From Pyrodictium occultum (lineage in GTDB: Archaea > Thermoproteota > Thermoprotei_A > Sulfolobales > Pyrodictiaceae), in assembly GCF_001462395.1 (NCBI RefSeq), contig NZ_LNTB01000001.1, forward strand, positions 720,001-752,000: 32,000 nt of DNA, read 5' to 3'. A program made the translations under genes and the position numbers. Within the stretch, counting starts at the first letter, position 1, and every line of letters begins with the position of its first letter. Positions 1-9,628 of the stretch are shown piece after piece. A model generated the notes under the pieces. That model did not search any database and was not told the origin of the DNA. It saw only the letters and a list, made by a program, of their open reading frames with translations.

Positions 1-676
1 CCTGGCTGCCCTTGACCACGGGCCTCGAGTGGCTCGGCAGGTAGCCGCGCAGGATGAGCTGACGCACATTAGCCTCCGACACCTCGAGCTCGTTTAGGTT
101 AATAAACTCTACCCCCATGTCATCAAGCCTCTTTATAAGCTTCTTGGTCTCCTCGACCCTGTCGGGGAGCACCGGTATCTCTACGCCAACCCGCACCCGC
201 TCTAGAAGGTGGAGGGCGGCCTCTATGCGCTTCAAAACCCACTCTCCGACCACATGGAACCGTATCTCGTCTAGCCCGGCGCGCTCGAGCTCGAGCAGGG
301 CCGATGAGGTGGCGTAGCGGCCGCTCGTGTAGAGGTGCACGTGGAATCCGTCGCCGAACACGTCCTTCAGGAGCCTTATGGCTCTGACAGTCCTGTCAAG
401 CCTTACGAGCGGGTCCCCGCCGGTTATGCTGGCCCCGTCGGCCCCTATACGGTATGCCTCGAGAACTATGTCCTCGAGAGACTTAACCGGCTCCTCGTCT
501 ACGGTAATTACGTCGTGGTGGAGCTTTGCGGGGGAGACCGGGCAGTAGAAGCAGTTATCGTCACAGAGCCCGGTTATGAACACCACTATCTTTGAGCCCC
601 TTACGCAGTATATGCAGCCGAGAGGGAGGGAGCCCACCAGGGAGTATACATCCTTGACCAGCTTGACTCTCCTCAA
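1..676 (-). CDS. radical SAM protein, N-terminal ~225 codons (3' end runs off the window)
   Basis: Not in the ORF track: no ATG, and open to the window edge. My minus-strand translation from TTG 676 (alternative GTG 637) is stop-free to nt 1: ..LPLGCIYCVRGSKIVVFITGLCDDNCFYCPVSP..ASITGGDPLVRLD..HVHLYTSG..LDEIRFHV... It contains a CxxxCxxC cluster motif (CDDNCFYC) and a GGD SAM-binding motif. Confidence 0.7.
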   Translation of the reverse strand, partial: MRRVKLVKDVYSLVGSLPLGCIYCVRGSKIVVFITGLCDDNCFYCPVSPAKLHHDVITVDEEPVKSLEDIVLEAYRIGADGASITGGDPLVRLDRTVRAIRLLKDVFGDGFHVHLYTSGRYATSSALLELERAGLDEIRFHVVGEWVLKRIEAALHLLERVRVGVEIPVLPDRVEETKKLIKRLDDMGVEFINLNELEVSEANVRQLILRGYLPSHSRPVVKGSQ

Positions 677-682
677 AGCCGT

Positions 683-1414
683 TCACACCAGCGGCGAACC
701 TTTAGCCCGGAGGGCGCGGCGGAACAGGGGGTTCTCGCGTGCAAGCCTGCGGACAGCATCCTCTATGCTATCCCAGGGCTCAAGCTCGTGCTTGACAAAC
801 ACACCCGTTCTACCGAGCGCGTCGCGGCGCGTGAGCACCCTGACCCTCTCCAGCACCGTGTCTACGCTAACCCCGACCACCCTAGCCACCTCGGCCTCGC
901 GGCCTATAACGGGTGATTCTCTATGCCCCTCCGGTGTAGGCTCTATCAGCACTAGCCTCTTATTGACCCCGGGGACGCGTCTCCCGGCCACCAGCCCGGC
1001 ATAGTCGAGGGCTCCGCCAAAGTAGTAGAACTCGTATTCTCTCTTAGACAGCTTAGCCAGGGGGAACGATACTACTCTCTTCTCGTAGGCGTCGAGCGCT
1101 ATGTAGGCCTTAGGGGTGCTCTGAGGAGTGGCCTGGACTATAAGCTTATGCGATATACGCAGCCCCGCCCTCTCGAGCCCCAGCTCCACCATGTAGGAGG
1201 GCACCACCGAGGGTATGAAGACGTCGATATCACTATCCCTATGAACGTCGCCTCGTGCGATACTCCCGTGCACCAGGGGCGCCAGCCCAAGGCTAACGAG
1301 GGCCTCCATCACGCTCTTAGCCTCGCGGCGGAGGCTCTCAAGGAGCCTCCAGTGCTCCTCGGTATAGACTACGGCCCTGTACTCGCCCCGTCTCTCAACC
1401 TTCTCGCGGGGCAT
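683..1414 (-). CDS. nucleotidyltransferase-domain protein (minimal Pol-beta NTase fold with HTH-like C-terminal region)
   Basis: ORF 683..1495. Probable start is ATG 1414 (MPREKVERRG..), because the 27 upstream codons are Cys/Trp/Arg-rich. NTase signature HGSIARGDVHRDSDIDVF (GS..DxD). The C-terminal AEVARVVGVSVDTVLERV resembles an HTH. The stop lies 6 nt upstream of the TTG of the next radical SAM gene. Confidence 0.7.
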   Translation of the reverse strand: MPREKVERRGEYRAVVYTEEHWRLLESLRREAKSVMEALVSLGLAPLVHGSIARGDVHRDSDIDVFIPSVVPSYMVELGLERAGLRISHKLIVQATPQSTPKAYIALDAYEKRVVSFPLAKLSKREYEFYYFGGALDYAGLVAGRRVPGVNKRLVLIEPTPEGHRESPVIGREAEVARVVGVSVDTVLERVRVLTRRDALGRTGVFVKHELEPWDSIEDAVRRLARENPLFRRALRAKGSPLV

Positions 1415-1552
1415 ACTGCTACCCCTCGTGCATCTCCACGACTGCCGCGGGCACTGCGCAATGCAGCAGCTCCACGCAGCCCCGTTAGACGCCATGGCTT
1501 CCTAGCTACTTATAACTCCAAGGCGCGCCCCACCCAGGCCAGGGCCGCTGGC

Positions 1553-2710
1553 ATGACTGCCGCCGGGGAGCTGCTGCTCTACTACCTAGCAGCATGGCTG
1601 GCAGCCACCCTAGTCCTATCCAGAGTACTGGGGGAAGGCTCTAGACTCACAGTCACCCCGTTGATGATCATGCTCCGTATACCCTCGGGCTTCAGCCCGT
1701 TCGAAAGGCTCCGAAGGTATAGGTGGCTGGGGCTGCTCTTTGACGCCGGCGTGCTGGCAGTGTTCGCACTCACAATAGAGTTCTACCGGGTTATGGTATC
1801 CAGGATAGCCGGAATGTTCGCCGGGCGCCCCCAGGGCGCCGCGCCGGTTGTGCCGCTAATACCTGGAGTAACTATAGGCCTGAAGACCTTCCTCTACCTG
1901 CTTCCAGGGCTCTCCGTGGCTATAATACTTCACGAGCTCTCACACGCCCTCGCGGCCAGGTACGAGGGTATAAGGGTAAAGTCGGCCGGCTTCCTCATAG
2001 CGCTCGGCATCCTACCCGCAGCCTTCGTGGAGCCCGACGAGGAGGAACTTACAAGGGCGCCTCTCCGAAGCAGGCTTAGGGTCTACGCGGCCGGTATCCT
2101 AGCCAACGTATTAATCTTCGCCCTTATAGCCGGGGTTAACGCGGGCCTGCAGCACGGCGGAACATACATAGTTATACTCCAGGTTAGCCCCGGCTCCTTC
2201 GCCGAGAAGGCTGGCATAAAGAGCGGCGACGTGTTCCAAGCAATAATAGTGAATGGCACAAAGTTCGATAAAGTGAGCAGCTTTATAGAGTACGTGAGTA
2301 GGCTGAGAGCGAGCAACGGCGGCACGCTGGCCAATGTGACGCTTGAGGTCGAGTTTGTGAAGCCGAGCGGCGCGAGAATACTTGTTGTGAAGCCCGCTGC
2401 ACCACCCAATGTGCGGGACAGGGAGCGCTACGAGCATGTGGGCGTCTACCTGAGCGAGATACCCAGGACCCTACTAGGCCTAGGCATGAGCGCCGGCACT
2501 GCCTACACCCTCTGGACCGTTAGCATCCTCGCCGCCCTAGTGAACATAGGGCTAGCCGCGATTAACGCCGCGCCCCTCTTCATAACTGATGGCGCCCAGA
2601 TAGTGAGGGACATAGCCGTTGAAAGGCTTGGCGAGAAGCGGGGGAGGCTAGTAGCATCAATAGTGTCGGGTATAACACTGATGATGCTGCTGCCAAACAT
2701 ACAGCTTTGA
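1553..2710 (+). CDS. site-2 protease family (M50) membrane metalloprotease with PDZ domain
   Basis: Real start is ATG 1553 (MTAAGELLLYYLAAW..) within track ORF 1148..2710. HExxH motif (ILHELSHALAA), PDZ-like SPGSFAEKAGIKSGDV, C-terminal NAAPLFITDG motif, and several hydrophobic helices. Confidence 0.85.
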   Translation: MTAAGELLLYYLAAWLAATLVLSRVLGEGSRLTVTPLMIMLRIPSGFSPFERLRRYRWLGLLFDAGVLAVFALTIEFYRVMVSRIAGMFAGRPQGAAPVVPLIPGVTIGLKTFLYLLPGLSVAIILHELSHALAARYEGIRVKSAGFLIALGILPAAFVEPDEEELTRAPLRSRLRVYAAGILANVLIFALIAGVNAGLQHGGTYIVILQVSPGSFAEKAGIKSGDVFQAIIVNGTKFDKVSSFIEYVSRLRASNGGTLANVTLEVEFVKPSGARILVVKPAAPPNVRDRERYEHVGVYLSEIPRTLLGLGMSAGTAYTLWTVSILAALVNIGLAAINAAPLFITDGAQIVRDIAVERLGEKRGRLVASIVSGITLMMLLPNIQL

Positions 2711-2813
2711 GGCCGAAGAAGCCTCCACGGAGCCCGTAACGCGGGTGCGCAGACAAGCTCCTAAAAGAAGAGTGAGGGTGGTAGTGCCTGGAGCGCCAAG
2801 GGGCGAGAATCCC

Positions 2814-4166
2814 TTAGGAGGCTACGTCGCTGAAGGTTAGCACGCTAACCCCTGGAGGCCTGCGCTCTATCGAGCCTAGACGGTTGGCTATGAGCAGCTT
2901 CACCTGCTTCTCTGACGCGAGATCAAGCATGCGCTGGGTTACAATGCCGTCATAGACTATCGCGTAGACCTTGCCCGGCTCTATCTTCTCCAGCACATTG
3001 TATATGTCTCTCACCGGCACCTTCTCCAGGGGCCTCCACTCCCTGTCATATAGGATTGCCTCAAGGGTGCCGCTAAGCTTCTTTATCTCCTCCACCACGT
3101 TAGCGGGCAGCTCTACACGCTCGACCTCCACCTGGACTACCGGCTCCGCCTTGGGGGCTGCGGCGGGTGCCGAGGGCTGCTGAGGCTGAGGAGGTGCAGG
3201 CTTCTCGGCAACCGCCTCGGGCTGCTTGGCCTCCCTCTCCTCGGGCTTAGCCTCAACCGGCTTCTCGGGTTTACCCTTAAGCTTACGCTCCAGGATGGCC
3301 AGGTACTCGCGCGCCGGCACAAGGTTGCGGAGAGCACGGACTATCTCCTTGCCCGTTAGTTCCTCCACCTCCTTGCCGGGCGGGGCCCTGGCAACATAGT
3401 CTATGTCTGCCGTGCGGAGGAGCTCCCAGAGTATCAAGTCGCCTCCATGGTCGCCGTCCACGAAGGCTATGGCTTTCTTCGTCTTGGCGAGCTTTATTAT
3501 GGTGTCTGGTATCTTACCCCTGGCGCCCTCGAGAGCTATCACGTTCCGGTAGCCGTAGCGGAGCAGGTTGATTACATCGGCTCTACCCTCTACTATGATT
3601 ATCTCGTCGCTCTTGTCCACATCGGGACCCGCCGGGAGCTTCTCGGGCCCATAGGATATGACTTCGCCGCGCTTAACCGACTCGCTTATCTCCCTGAGGA
3701 CCTCTCGGAGGTCCGGCGTCTTCTCGAGGGACCATATGCGGAGTATCTCCTTAGCCCTCTCCACGATCTTCTTTATCTTCTCCGCCCTAACGTCAATGAT
3801 GTCGTAGACATGTACCCTGGCCTTGTAGGGGCCTACCTTCTCTACAAGCTCGAGCATCGCTGCTACGAGCGCTGTCTCTACCCTGTCGAGATTGGAGGGT
3901 ACCGTTATCTCGCCGTAGGTCTTAGTGCCCTGGTGCCGCACCTCCAACTGAACGCGGCCTATACGGCCCCTCTCTTGCAGCTCGCGGAGATCGAACTCCT
4001 CTCCGAAAAGATTCTCTGTCTGTCCGAATATAGCGCCTATTATGTCGTGCCTGTTTACTAGGCCCTCTACTTCCACCTTCGCCTTTATAAGGTACTTCAA
4101 CTCCAACACCCTGGCGCTGCTTCGTGTATCCTGCGCTCCTCCCTCCGCCACCTCGGGGTGGAGCAC
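2814..4166 (-). CDS. dnaG: archaeal DnaG-type Toprim protein (primase/exosome-associated)
   Basis: N-terminal KYLIKAKVEVEGLVNRHDIIGAIFGQTENLFG..GRIGRV is typical of archaeal DnaG. Toprim motifs IIIVEGRADV and FVDGDHGGD. The true start may be GTG 4109 (VLELKYLI..). A P/E/K/A-rich linker precedes the C-terminal domain. Confidence 0.9.
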   Translation of the reverse strand: MLHPEVAEGGAQDTRSSARVLELKYLIKAKVEVEGLVNRHDIIGAIFGQTENLFGEEFDLRELQERGRIGRVQLEVRHQGTKTYGEITVPSNLDRVETALVAAMLELVEKVGPYKARVHVYDIIDVRAEKIKKIVERAKEILRIWSLEKTPDLREVLREISESVKRGEVISYGPEKLPAGPDVDKSDEIIIVEGRADVINLLRYGYRNVIALEGARGKIPDTIIKLAKTKKAIAFVDGDHGGDLILWELLRTADIDYVARAPPGKEVEELTGKEIVRALRNLVPAREYLAILERKLKGKPEKPVEAKPEEREAKQPEAVAEKPAPPQPQQPSAPAAAPKAEPVVQVEVERVELPANVVEEIKKLSGTLEAILYDREWRPLEKVPVRDIYNVLEKIEPGKVYAIVYDGIVTQRMLDLASEKQVKLLIANRLGSIERRPPGVSVLTFSDVAS

Positions 4167-4261
4167 CCATTCATTTGGGGCGAGAGCCTTACACGGGCCT
4201 CACATGGAGGCCTTCTGGCCGCAATGGCTGTGAGGCATTAACCACCAGTCTCCGTTAAACA

Positions 4262-5350
4262 TTATCGTGTGATGGCAGCCTTTTTTAGTTCTTCCAGTAT
4301 CCTCCGGGCCTCCGGGTTCTGTTCAAAGTATCTCCTCACGGGCTCGAGCATCTCCGCTAGCGCCTTAGCAGTAGCCTTCTTGAGGTCCAGCGGGTGCAGC
4401 TTACCCTCCCGGTAAATCTTCTCGAGATCCTCATAGCTCTCAACAACTATTGTGCCACCGTACTTCTCGGGCCTCTCTATTACAAGCTTGAAGCCCGGCC
4501 TTGAGAAGAGGAGGTATCTGTTTATCTCCAGCACCGGGTTGTAGCGGACCTCCCGGGCAGGGCAATAGGCGCGGCGCAGCTTCTTCTCGATCTCCTCTGG
4601 CGGGTCGTAGACGAATATGGCGGTGTCGGGCTTTGACTTGCTCATCTTGAAGTTTACCGCGTGCTCCTCCTCGCTCACCTCGCTGGGATTCATCCTCCCT
4701 ATGCCCTGTAGCCCTGTGAGCAGCGGCGTGTGGATAGCTATAGGCTTCTTCCTGCCGAGCTTCTCCGCTGTATCTCTGGCGAGCATGTGGGCCTTGCGCT
4801 GGTCGGTGCCCCCGAGGGCTATATCGACGTCCAGGTAGAATATGTCCGTCACCTGCATAGCCGGGTAGATAAGCTTGGAGAAGTCCAGCTCAGCCTCCTC
4901 GGCCCTACGCCCCATTATGGTGAGCGCCCTCTTAATCCTCGCCAGGGTGTTGTGCTTAGCCACGCGGAGGAGTATCGCCCAGTAGTCCTTGTCCGACACG
5001 AGATCCTCGGCGTCAACAACCTTTACACGGGAGCGGGGCACCCCTATAGCCTCCAGCACATCTATAACATGGCGGGCGGCCTTGCGTATCAGATCCATGT
5101 CGCCGCCAAGCTTGTCGTTTATCCACGCATGCCAGGTGGCAGCGAGCAGATAGAACTCAACCCCTGCATCAATCATATCCCTTACCTTGTTGGCCCAGAC
5201 GAGCCAGCCTATGTGGAAGAGGCCGCTGGGCTCAAAACCTATGTAGCCCTTCAGCTTCTCCCCGGCCTCAAGCCTGGCCTTCAGCTCCTCGAGCGTGACG
5301 ACCTCCACGGTGTTCCGCGTTATGAGCCTCAGCCTCTCCTCCGGCGTCAC
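4262..5350 (-). CDS. tyrS: tyrosyl-tRNA synthetase
   Basis: Class I signatures: GFEPSGLFHIGW (HIGH-type) and FKMSKSKP (KMSKS). The 362-aa length and N-terminal ..RNTVEVVTLEELKARLE.. fit archaeal TyrRS. GTG start at 5350 with a purine-rich SD-like GAGGGGAGG upstream. Confidence 0.88.
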   Translation of the reverse strand: MTPEERLRLITRNTVEVVTLEELKARLEAGEKLKGYIGFEPSGLFHIGWLVWANKVRDMIDAGVEFYLLAATWHAWINDKLGGDMDLIRKAARHVIDVLEAIGVPRSRVKVVDAEDLVSDKDYWAILLRVAKHNTLARIKRALTIMGRRAEEAELDFSKLIYPAMQVTDIFYLDVDIALGGTDQRKAHMLARDTAEKLGRKKPIAIHTPLLTGLQGIGRMNPSEVSEEEHAVNFKMSKSKPDTAIFVYDPPEEIEKKLRRAYCPAREVRYNPVLEINRYLLFSRPGFKLVIERPEKYGGTIVVESYEDLEKIYREGKLHPLDLKKATAKALAEMLEPVRRYFEQNPEARRILEELKKAAITR

Positions 5351-5528
5351 GGCTTGCCTCCCCTCTCTACCTTCTCAGACCCCGGGGGCCTGCCCCGGAC
5401 GACTGTTCAATAAACCCTGGGCAGGGTGTCCCTCAGGCCCTGGAGGGGCCGGGGTGCCGCGCCGCCCCGTCACCCCCGTCTAGAAGAGCCCGAGCGAGGC
5501 CCCCACGCGGGGGCTATGAGCCCGGGTG

Positions 5529-7214
5529 TTAGGGGCGGGGGACAGCGGCGCCCGGCCCGCCTGGCTCGGCTAGCCCCGTGTAGTCTAGCTCCGCGACAGC
5601 TACGGGGTATACTATGCCGAGCTTCTCCAGCACCTCCGGCCTAACCTCCCCCATGACCCCGTATACACCGTCACGGCTACGCAGCTCCGCCGCCCGGCCC
5701 TCTATGAGTAGGGGGTGGCTCGTAGGCCTCACCTCAGCTATCTCATCGCCCAGGAGCCTTAGGAGGCTGTAGACGACCGCCTGGATATCCTCGTAGCCGG
5801 CCTTCTCAGCCATGTAGAGCAGGGCTAGCCGACGCCGGTGCTCCACCCTCCTCTCCGGGTCCCCGCCGCCAGCCAGGAGCACCTCGCCGGCCTCGAACAC
5901 GCGGAGGGGCACAGCGTGCTGGTTGGCGGCCGCGGCGCGTAGCAGCTGGGGGAGGAGGGAGGCCCGGTAGCAGCCGCTCCCCTCTCCTACAGGGTTCTCG
6001 ATGACCACCAGCCTCGACTGGTCCACGGCCGCTAGCTCTACCTGGTCCCTGCAGCTCGTGAGGCTGTAGGAGTACATCTCCACAAAGCCGTGGCCCACCA
6101 GTATGAGCCGTGCCTCCCTCTCCCAGGCCCTTACGGGGAGCAGCTGGCCCCGGAGCATGAGCCTCGGCTTCACGGGGGCGAGCCGGTCGAGGCCTATGGC
6201 GAGCGCTATCTCCTCCACCAGGTCCACGGGGTGGAGTATGTCCACCCTGTAGCGGGGCACACTAGCCATGACGCGGCTCTCGTCGAGCACCGTGGCGCCG
6301 AACCTCATCCTTCTAAGCGCCTCGGCGGCCTCCTCCGCACCCATCTCCACGCCTATAATCCTCGAGGCGTAGCGGACCTCGAGCTCCATACGGGAGGGCT
6401 CTAGCCGTGGCTCGCTGAGCCTGCCCCAGGGGGCGTGTACCTCCACTAGGCCTATTCTCCGGCTCCTACTCCTCTCGGCGAGGTTCGCAGCCAATATGGA
6501 TAACACGTCCAGCACCGGCTTCAGCTCAGTGCCAGTAACATCTATGAACAGGTGCCTTGTTCCAGGCTCCACTTTCGTCAAGTCAGCGTTTATCACCGGG
6601 GGTGCGCTTATCACCTCGCCGCCGGAGTAGAGGACCGGGTGCCTACCGTCCACCAGCGATATTGAGCCGTACTCTCTCCCCTGGCTGGTCTCTGAGAGGA
6701 CCTCCTTGAGCGTCATCACCTTGTCGCGGTGAAGTGGCCGAAACCTCACCTCGCCGACGCCTGCCAGCTCGTAGCGAAGGCTCCTGGACGGCAGCTTATC
6801 CAGGTCATGTATGCCGATGGCAACCCTTCTGCGGCGGCCACCGTGGCTTACATGCAGCTTCTCCTGGAACTGTATAAGCTCCTCCAGGAAGTCCTCGTCC
6901 ACGTTGACGTCCCATATGACGGCCCCGGCTATGTAGGGCCTGGAGGAGACCTCCCCGGCTTCTATGCGGTAGCCGCTCTCCACCACCGTGTACCGTGGGA
7001 GCCCGGTCTCTACACCGAGGAGCCCCTTGGCCTGCCTAGCTATGCCTTCTAGGCTGTACATGTCAGGCCTATCTACCTCTATCTCTGCCTCAACGTAGCC
7101 CTGCTCGTCGACCTCAACCCCTATCTTGAGCTTCTCCATAACCTCTAGTGCCTTCTCGAGGCTTACGCCGAAAACCTCCTCCACCCTGCCAGGTTTAAAC
7201 CGGAGCACCGGCAT
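5529..7214 (-). CDS. pheT: phenylalanyl-tRNA synthetase beta subunit (archaeal type)
   Basis: 561 aa. N-terminal MPVLRFKPGRVEEVFG..DRPDMYSLEGIARQ and overall layout are typical of archaeal PheT. Its start overlaps the pheS stop by 20 nt, consistent with an operon. Confidence 0.88.
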   Translation of the reverse strand: MPVLRFKPGRVEEVFGVSLEKALEVMEKLKIGVEVDEQGYVEAEIEVDRPDMYSLEGIARQAKGLLGVETGLPRYTVVESGYRIEAGEVSSRPYIAGAVIWDVNVDEDFLEELIQFQEKLHVSHGGRRRRVAIGIHDLDKLPSRSLRYELAGVGEVRFRPLHRDKVMTLKEVLSETSQGREYGSISLVDGRHPVLYSGGEVISAPPVINADLTKVEPGTRHLFIDVTGTELKPVLDVLSILAANLAERSRSRRIGLVEVHAPWGRLSEPRLEPSRMELEVRYASRIIGVEMGAEEAAEALRRMRFGATVLDESRVMASVPRYRVDILHPVDLVEEIALAIGLDRLAPVKPRLMLRGQLLPVRAWEREARLILVGHGFVEMYSYSLTSCRDQVELAAVDQSRLVVIENPVGEGSGCYRASLLPQLLRAAAANQHAVPLRVFEAGEVLLAGGGDPERRVEHRRRLALLYMAEKAGYEDIQAVVYSLLRLLGDEIAEVRPTSHPLLIEGRAAELRSRDGVYGVMGEVRPEVLEKLGIVYPVAVAELDYTGLAEPGGPGAAVPRP

Positions 7215-8691
7215 AGAGACGCCACCTTGAGGGTATTGTTGAGAGGAAGCGCGCGTCGCTGCTATAGAGCTGTCTTATGTCGCTGAGCCCGTAGAGGGCC
7301 ATGGCCAGCCTCTCTATCCCCATACCCCAGGCAGCTACCGGGTAGTCAATACCCAGGGCAGCGAGCATCTCGGGGCGGAAGAGGCCGGCTCCAAGTACCT
7401 CCAGCCATTGGCTGCCGACGCGCACGTAGCCCTCCAGAGAGGGCTCGGTGAAGGGGAAGTAGGCTGGCCGGAACCTGTACTCCCTGAGCCCTAGCCTCTC
7501 CAGCAGCTCCCCCAGCATGCCCATTAGCCAGCGGAGGCTTACCCCATCCTCGCTAGCTATCCCGTCCACCTGGTGGAACTCGGGCAGGTGGTGCGGGTCC
7601 ACCGTCTCCACCCGGTAGACCCTGCCTATCGAGAAGAAGCGGAAGGGGGGCCGGGGCCTCTGGGCGAGCACGCGGGCCGAGACGGCCGTGGTGTGGCTCC
7701 GGAGTATCAGCCTCGCCGCGCGGGATGGGTCCCAGCGGTAGCCCCAGCCACGGCTCCCCGCGAGGCCCTCCTCGTGGGCCCTCCTAACCATCTCAGCGAG
7801 CTCTCGGGGCGGCTCTCCCTCCCTGGGCTGGCGCAGGTAGAACGTGTCCGTCGGGGAGCGGGCCGGGTGGTACTGTGGCTGGAAGAGCACGTCATAGTTC
7901 CAGAACTCCAGCTCCACCGGCGGCTCCTCGACCTCCACGAAGCCGAGCTCCTTCATGACATCGCGTATATGCTCTATGAGCTGGCGGAAGAAGTGGAGGC
8001 GGCCCGGGTAGAGGCGCGGCGGCTCGGCGGCGACGTTGTAGCGGCGCAGCCTAACCCTACGCCACTCGCCCGTCTCGAGCATCCGGCGTGTTAGCGCACC
8101 CACCTCCACCTCTACCCTGCCGAGCAGCTTCTCCGGCGGCTCCTCCAGGGTGATAAACGTCGCCTTCTCCTTCACCGGCTCGACCAGCCTGCGGCGGCGG
8201 AGCATCCTGAGGTCATCGCCGGAGACGCGCTCACCCCGGCTAAGCCTCTCCAGGAGACGACGCTCCTCAGCAACCAGAGGCGGCTCGGCGGCGAGGACTA
8301 TCTCACCAGACTCGACGCGTACCCAACCCTTCCGGGAGGCGTTAGCCATAGCTATGCCGAACTCACCGCCCAGCAGCCTCCTGGCCTCCTCTACAGGCAT
8401 TCTCCCCCCGTGCTCTGCTAGGAGGCGGGCCAGCCTCTCCTCCGGGAAGCCCTCGCGGAGGTACCTCTCAGCCTCCTCGGTTAGCCTATAGCGCTCAGAG
8501 ACACGCTCCTCCAGCTGCAGGAGCCCCTTCTCCGCCAGGAGCCTTGCCAGAGCCTCCACCTGGCTGCGGTCGAGGCCGGTAAGCCTCGCCAGAGCCTCCG
8601 TGGTGTAGGGCTTCCCCGGCTCAACCCTGCCTACAAGCCGCTCTAGAAGCCGGTACTCAGACTCTGAAACGGGTATCCTCGCTCCCAACAC
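7195..8691 (-). CDS. pheS: phenylalanyl-tRNA synthetase alpha subunit (archaeal type)
   Basis: 498 aa. Class II core motifs: FRFFSIGRVYR, FRPAYFPFTEPSLE and GMGIERLAM. Long N-terminal winged-helix-like extension as in archaeal and eukaryal PheS. Confidence 0.9.
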   Translation of the reverse strand: MLGARIPVSESEYRLLERLVGRVEPGKPYTTEALARLTGLDRSQVEALARLLAEKGLLQLEERVSERYRLTEEAERYLREGFPEERLARLLAEHGGRMPVEEARRLLGGEFGIAMANASRKGWVRVESGEIVLAAEPPLVAEERRLLERLSRGERVSGDDLRMLRRRRLVEPVKEKATFITLEEPPEKLLGRVEVEVGALTRRMLETGEWRRVRLRRYNVAAEPPRLYPGRLHFFRQLIEHIRDVMKELGFVEVEEPPVELEFWNYDVLFQPQYHPARSPTDTFYLRQPREGEPPRELAEMVRRAHEEGLAGSRGWGYRWDPSRAARLILRSHTTAVSARVLAQRPRPPFRFFSIGRVYRVETVDPHHLPEFHQVDGIASEDGVSLRWLMGMLGELLERLGLREYRFRPAYFPFTEPSLEGYVRVGSQWLEVLGAGLFRPEMLAALGIDYPVAAWGMGIERLAMALYGLSDIRQLYSSDARFLSTIPSRWRLYAGAPV

Positions 8692-8773
8692 AAGGGGCCC
8701 GGGACGCCAAGCCCAGGGCCAACTAGGGGTTAAAAACTGGAAGCAGGGCCTGGCCCTAGGCCCTCCAAGCGCT

Positions 8774-9472
8774 CTAGAACCGGTAGTACTCGCCGGGCTT
8801 CAGCACCACCACCTTGGTTTCCAGCCCCCTCTCCGCGACATACTTTGCGAACTCCTGTGGATCCGCCTCTATAACAGGAAACGTGTTATAGTGCATAGGT
8901 ATGGCTACACGCGGCCTAAGCAGCTCGACAGCCTTAGCGGCCTGATACACATCCATGGTGAAGTGCCCGCCGATTGGCAGCAGAGCTATATCCGGCCGGT
9001 AGAGCTCGCCTATGAACTGCATCTCGGCAAACAGCCCTGTATCACCAGCGTGGAACACCGTGGCCTCCCTGCCCGACACTACAACGCTCGTAGGTGTCCC
9101 ACGCCCGCAGCTGTGCGTCGCGGGGAAGAACATAACCTTTAGGCTGATGCCGGGCAGCTTCAGGGGCCCGCCTATATTAGCGCCAATTATCCTTCCACTC
9201 CTATCGCCCAGCTGCTCGGCCACGTAGTTAGCGAGCTCGTAGACCGCGGCGAACTTTGCATCGGGGTTTAGCTTAAGCAGCTCCAGCGCGTCACCCAGAT
9301 GGTCTGCATGGTCGTGGGTAACTATTATCAAGTCAATCTTACCCTTGTACTCCTTGACGCCCACTGGCGACATAGGATTGGTCAGCCAGGGATCGATAAG
9401 TAGGCGGTAACCATCTATCTCGAGCTCGAAAGCCGAGTGACCAAGCCAGCGCACATACCCCATAACAGCCAC
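8774..9472 (-). CDS. metallo-beta-lactamase-fold metal-dependent hydrolase (UPF0173-like)
   Basis: 232 aa. HxHxDH motif (VTHDHADHLGD) plus downstream His/Asp ligands (ATHSCG, HAGDTG, PMHYNTF). Confidence 0.85.
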   Translation of the reverse strand: MAVMGYVRWLGHSAFELEIDGYRLLIDPWLTNPMSPVGVKEYKGKIDLIIVTHDHADHLGDALELLKLNPDAKFAAVYELANYVAEQLGDRSGRIIGANIGGPLKLPGISLKVMFFPATHSCGRGTPTSVVVSGREATVFHAGDTGLFAEMQFIGELYRPDIALLPIGGHFTMDVYQAAKAVELLRPRVAIPMHYNTFPVIEADPQEFAKYVAERGLETKVVVLKPGEYYRF

Positions 9473-9628
9473 CCCATCAATAGGCGGAGTGCATGCACCA
9501 CCAGGAAAGCCAGGAAACCGGATCCCTAGGTATAAGCGCTTCCCAGGAGCCCTTCAACCCTTGAGGAGCCGCTAGGGGCTGCGCGGCCACAGGATGAGCG
9601 AGAATGAGGGGGATCAACCACACGAGGC

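Noticed and set aside
1148-1552. N-terminal 135-codon extension of the site-2 protease ORF.
   Set aside because: It overlaps the divergent nucleotidyltransferase gene, is Pro/Arg/His/Ala-rich, and precedes a TATA-like element at about 1505-1518. ATG 1553 starts directly at the first TM helix.
3447-4061. Long antisense ORFs opposite well-supported genes. Examples: 3447..4061(+), 4730..5413(+), 6090..6404(+), 7573..8094(+), 14081..14524(+), 16300..16793(+), 21697..22251(-), 22356..22793(-) and 26005..26409(+).
   Set aside because: Each lies fully inside a gene with strong family motifs on the other strand. Their translations are low-complexity (Leu/Pro/Arg/Gly/Ser-rich) with no motifs. These are the shadow ORFs expected in stop-poor, high-GC DNA.
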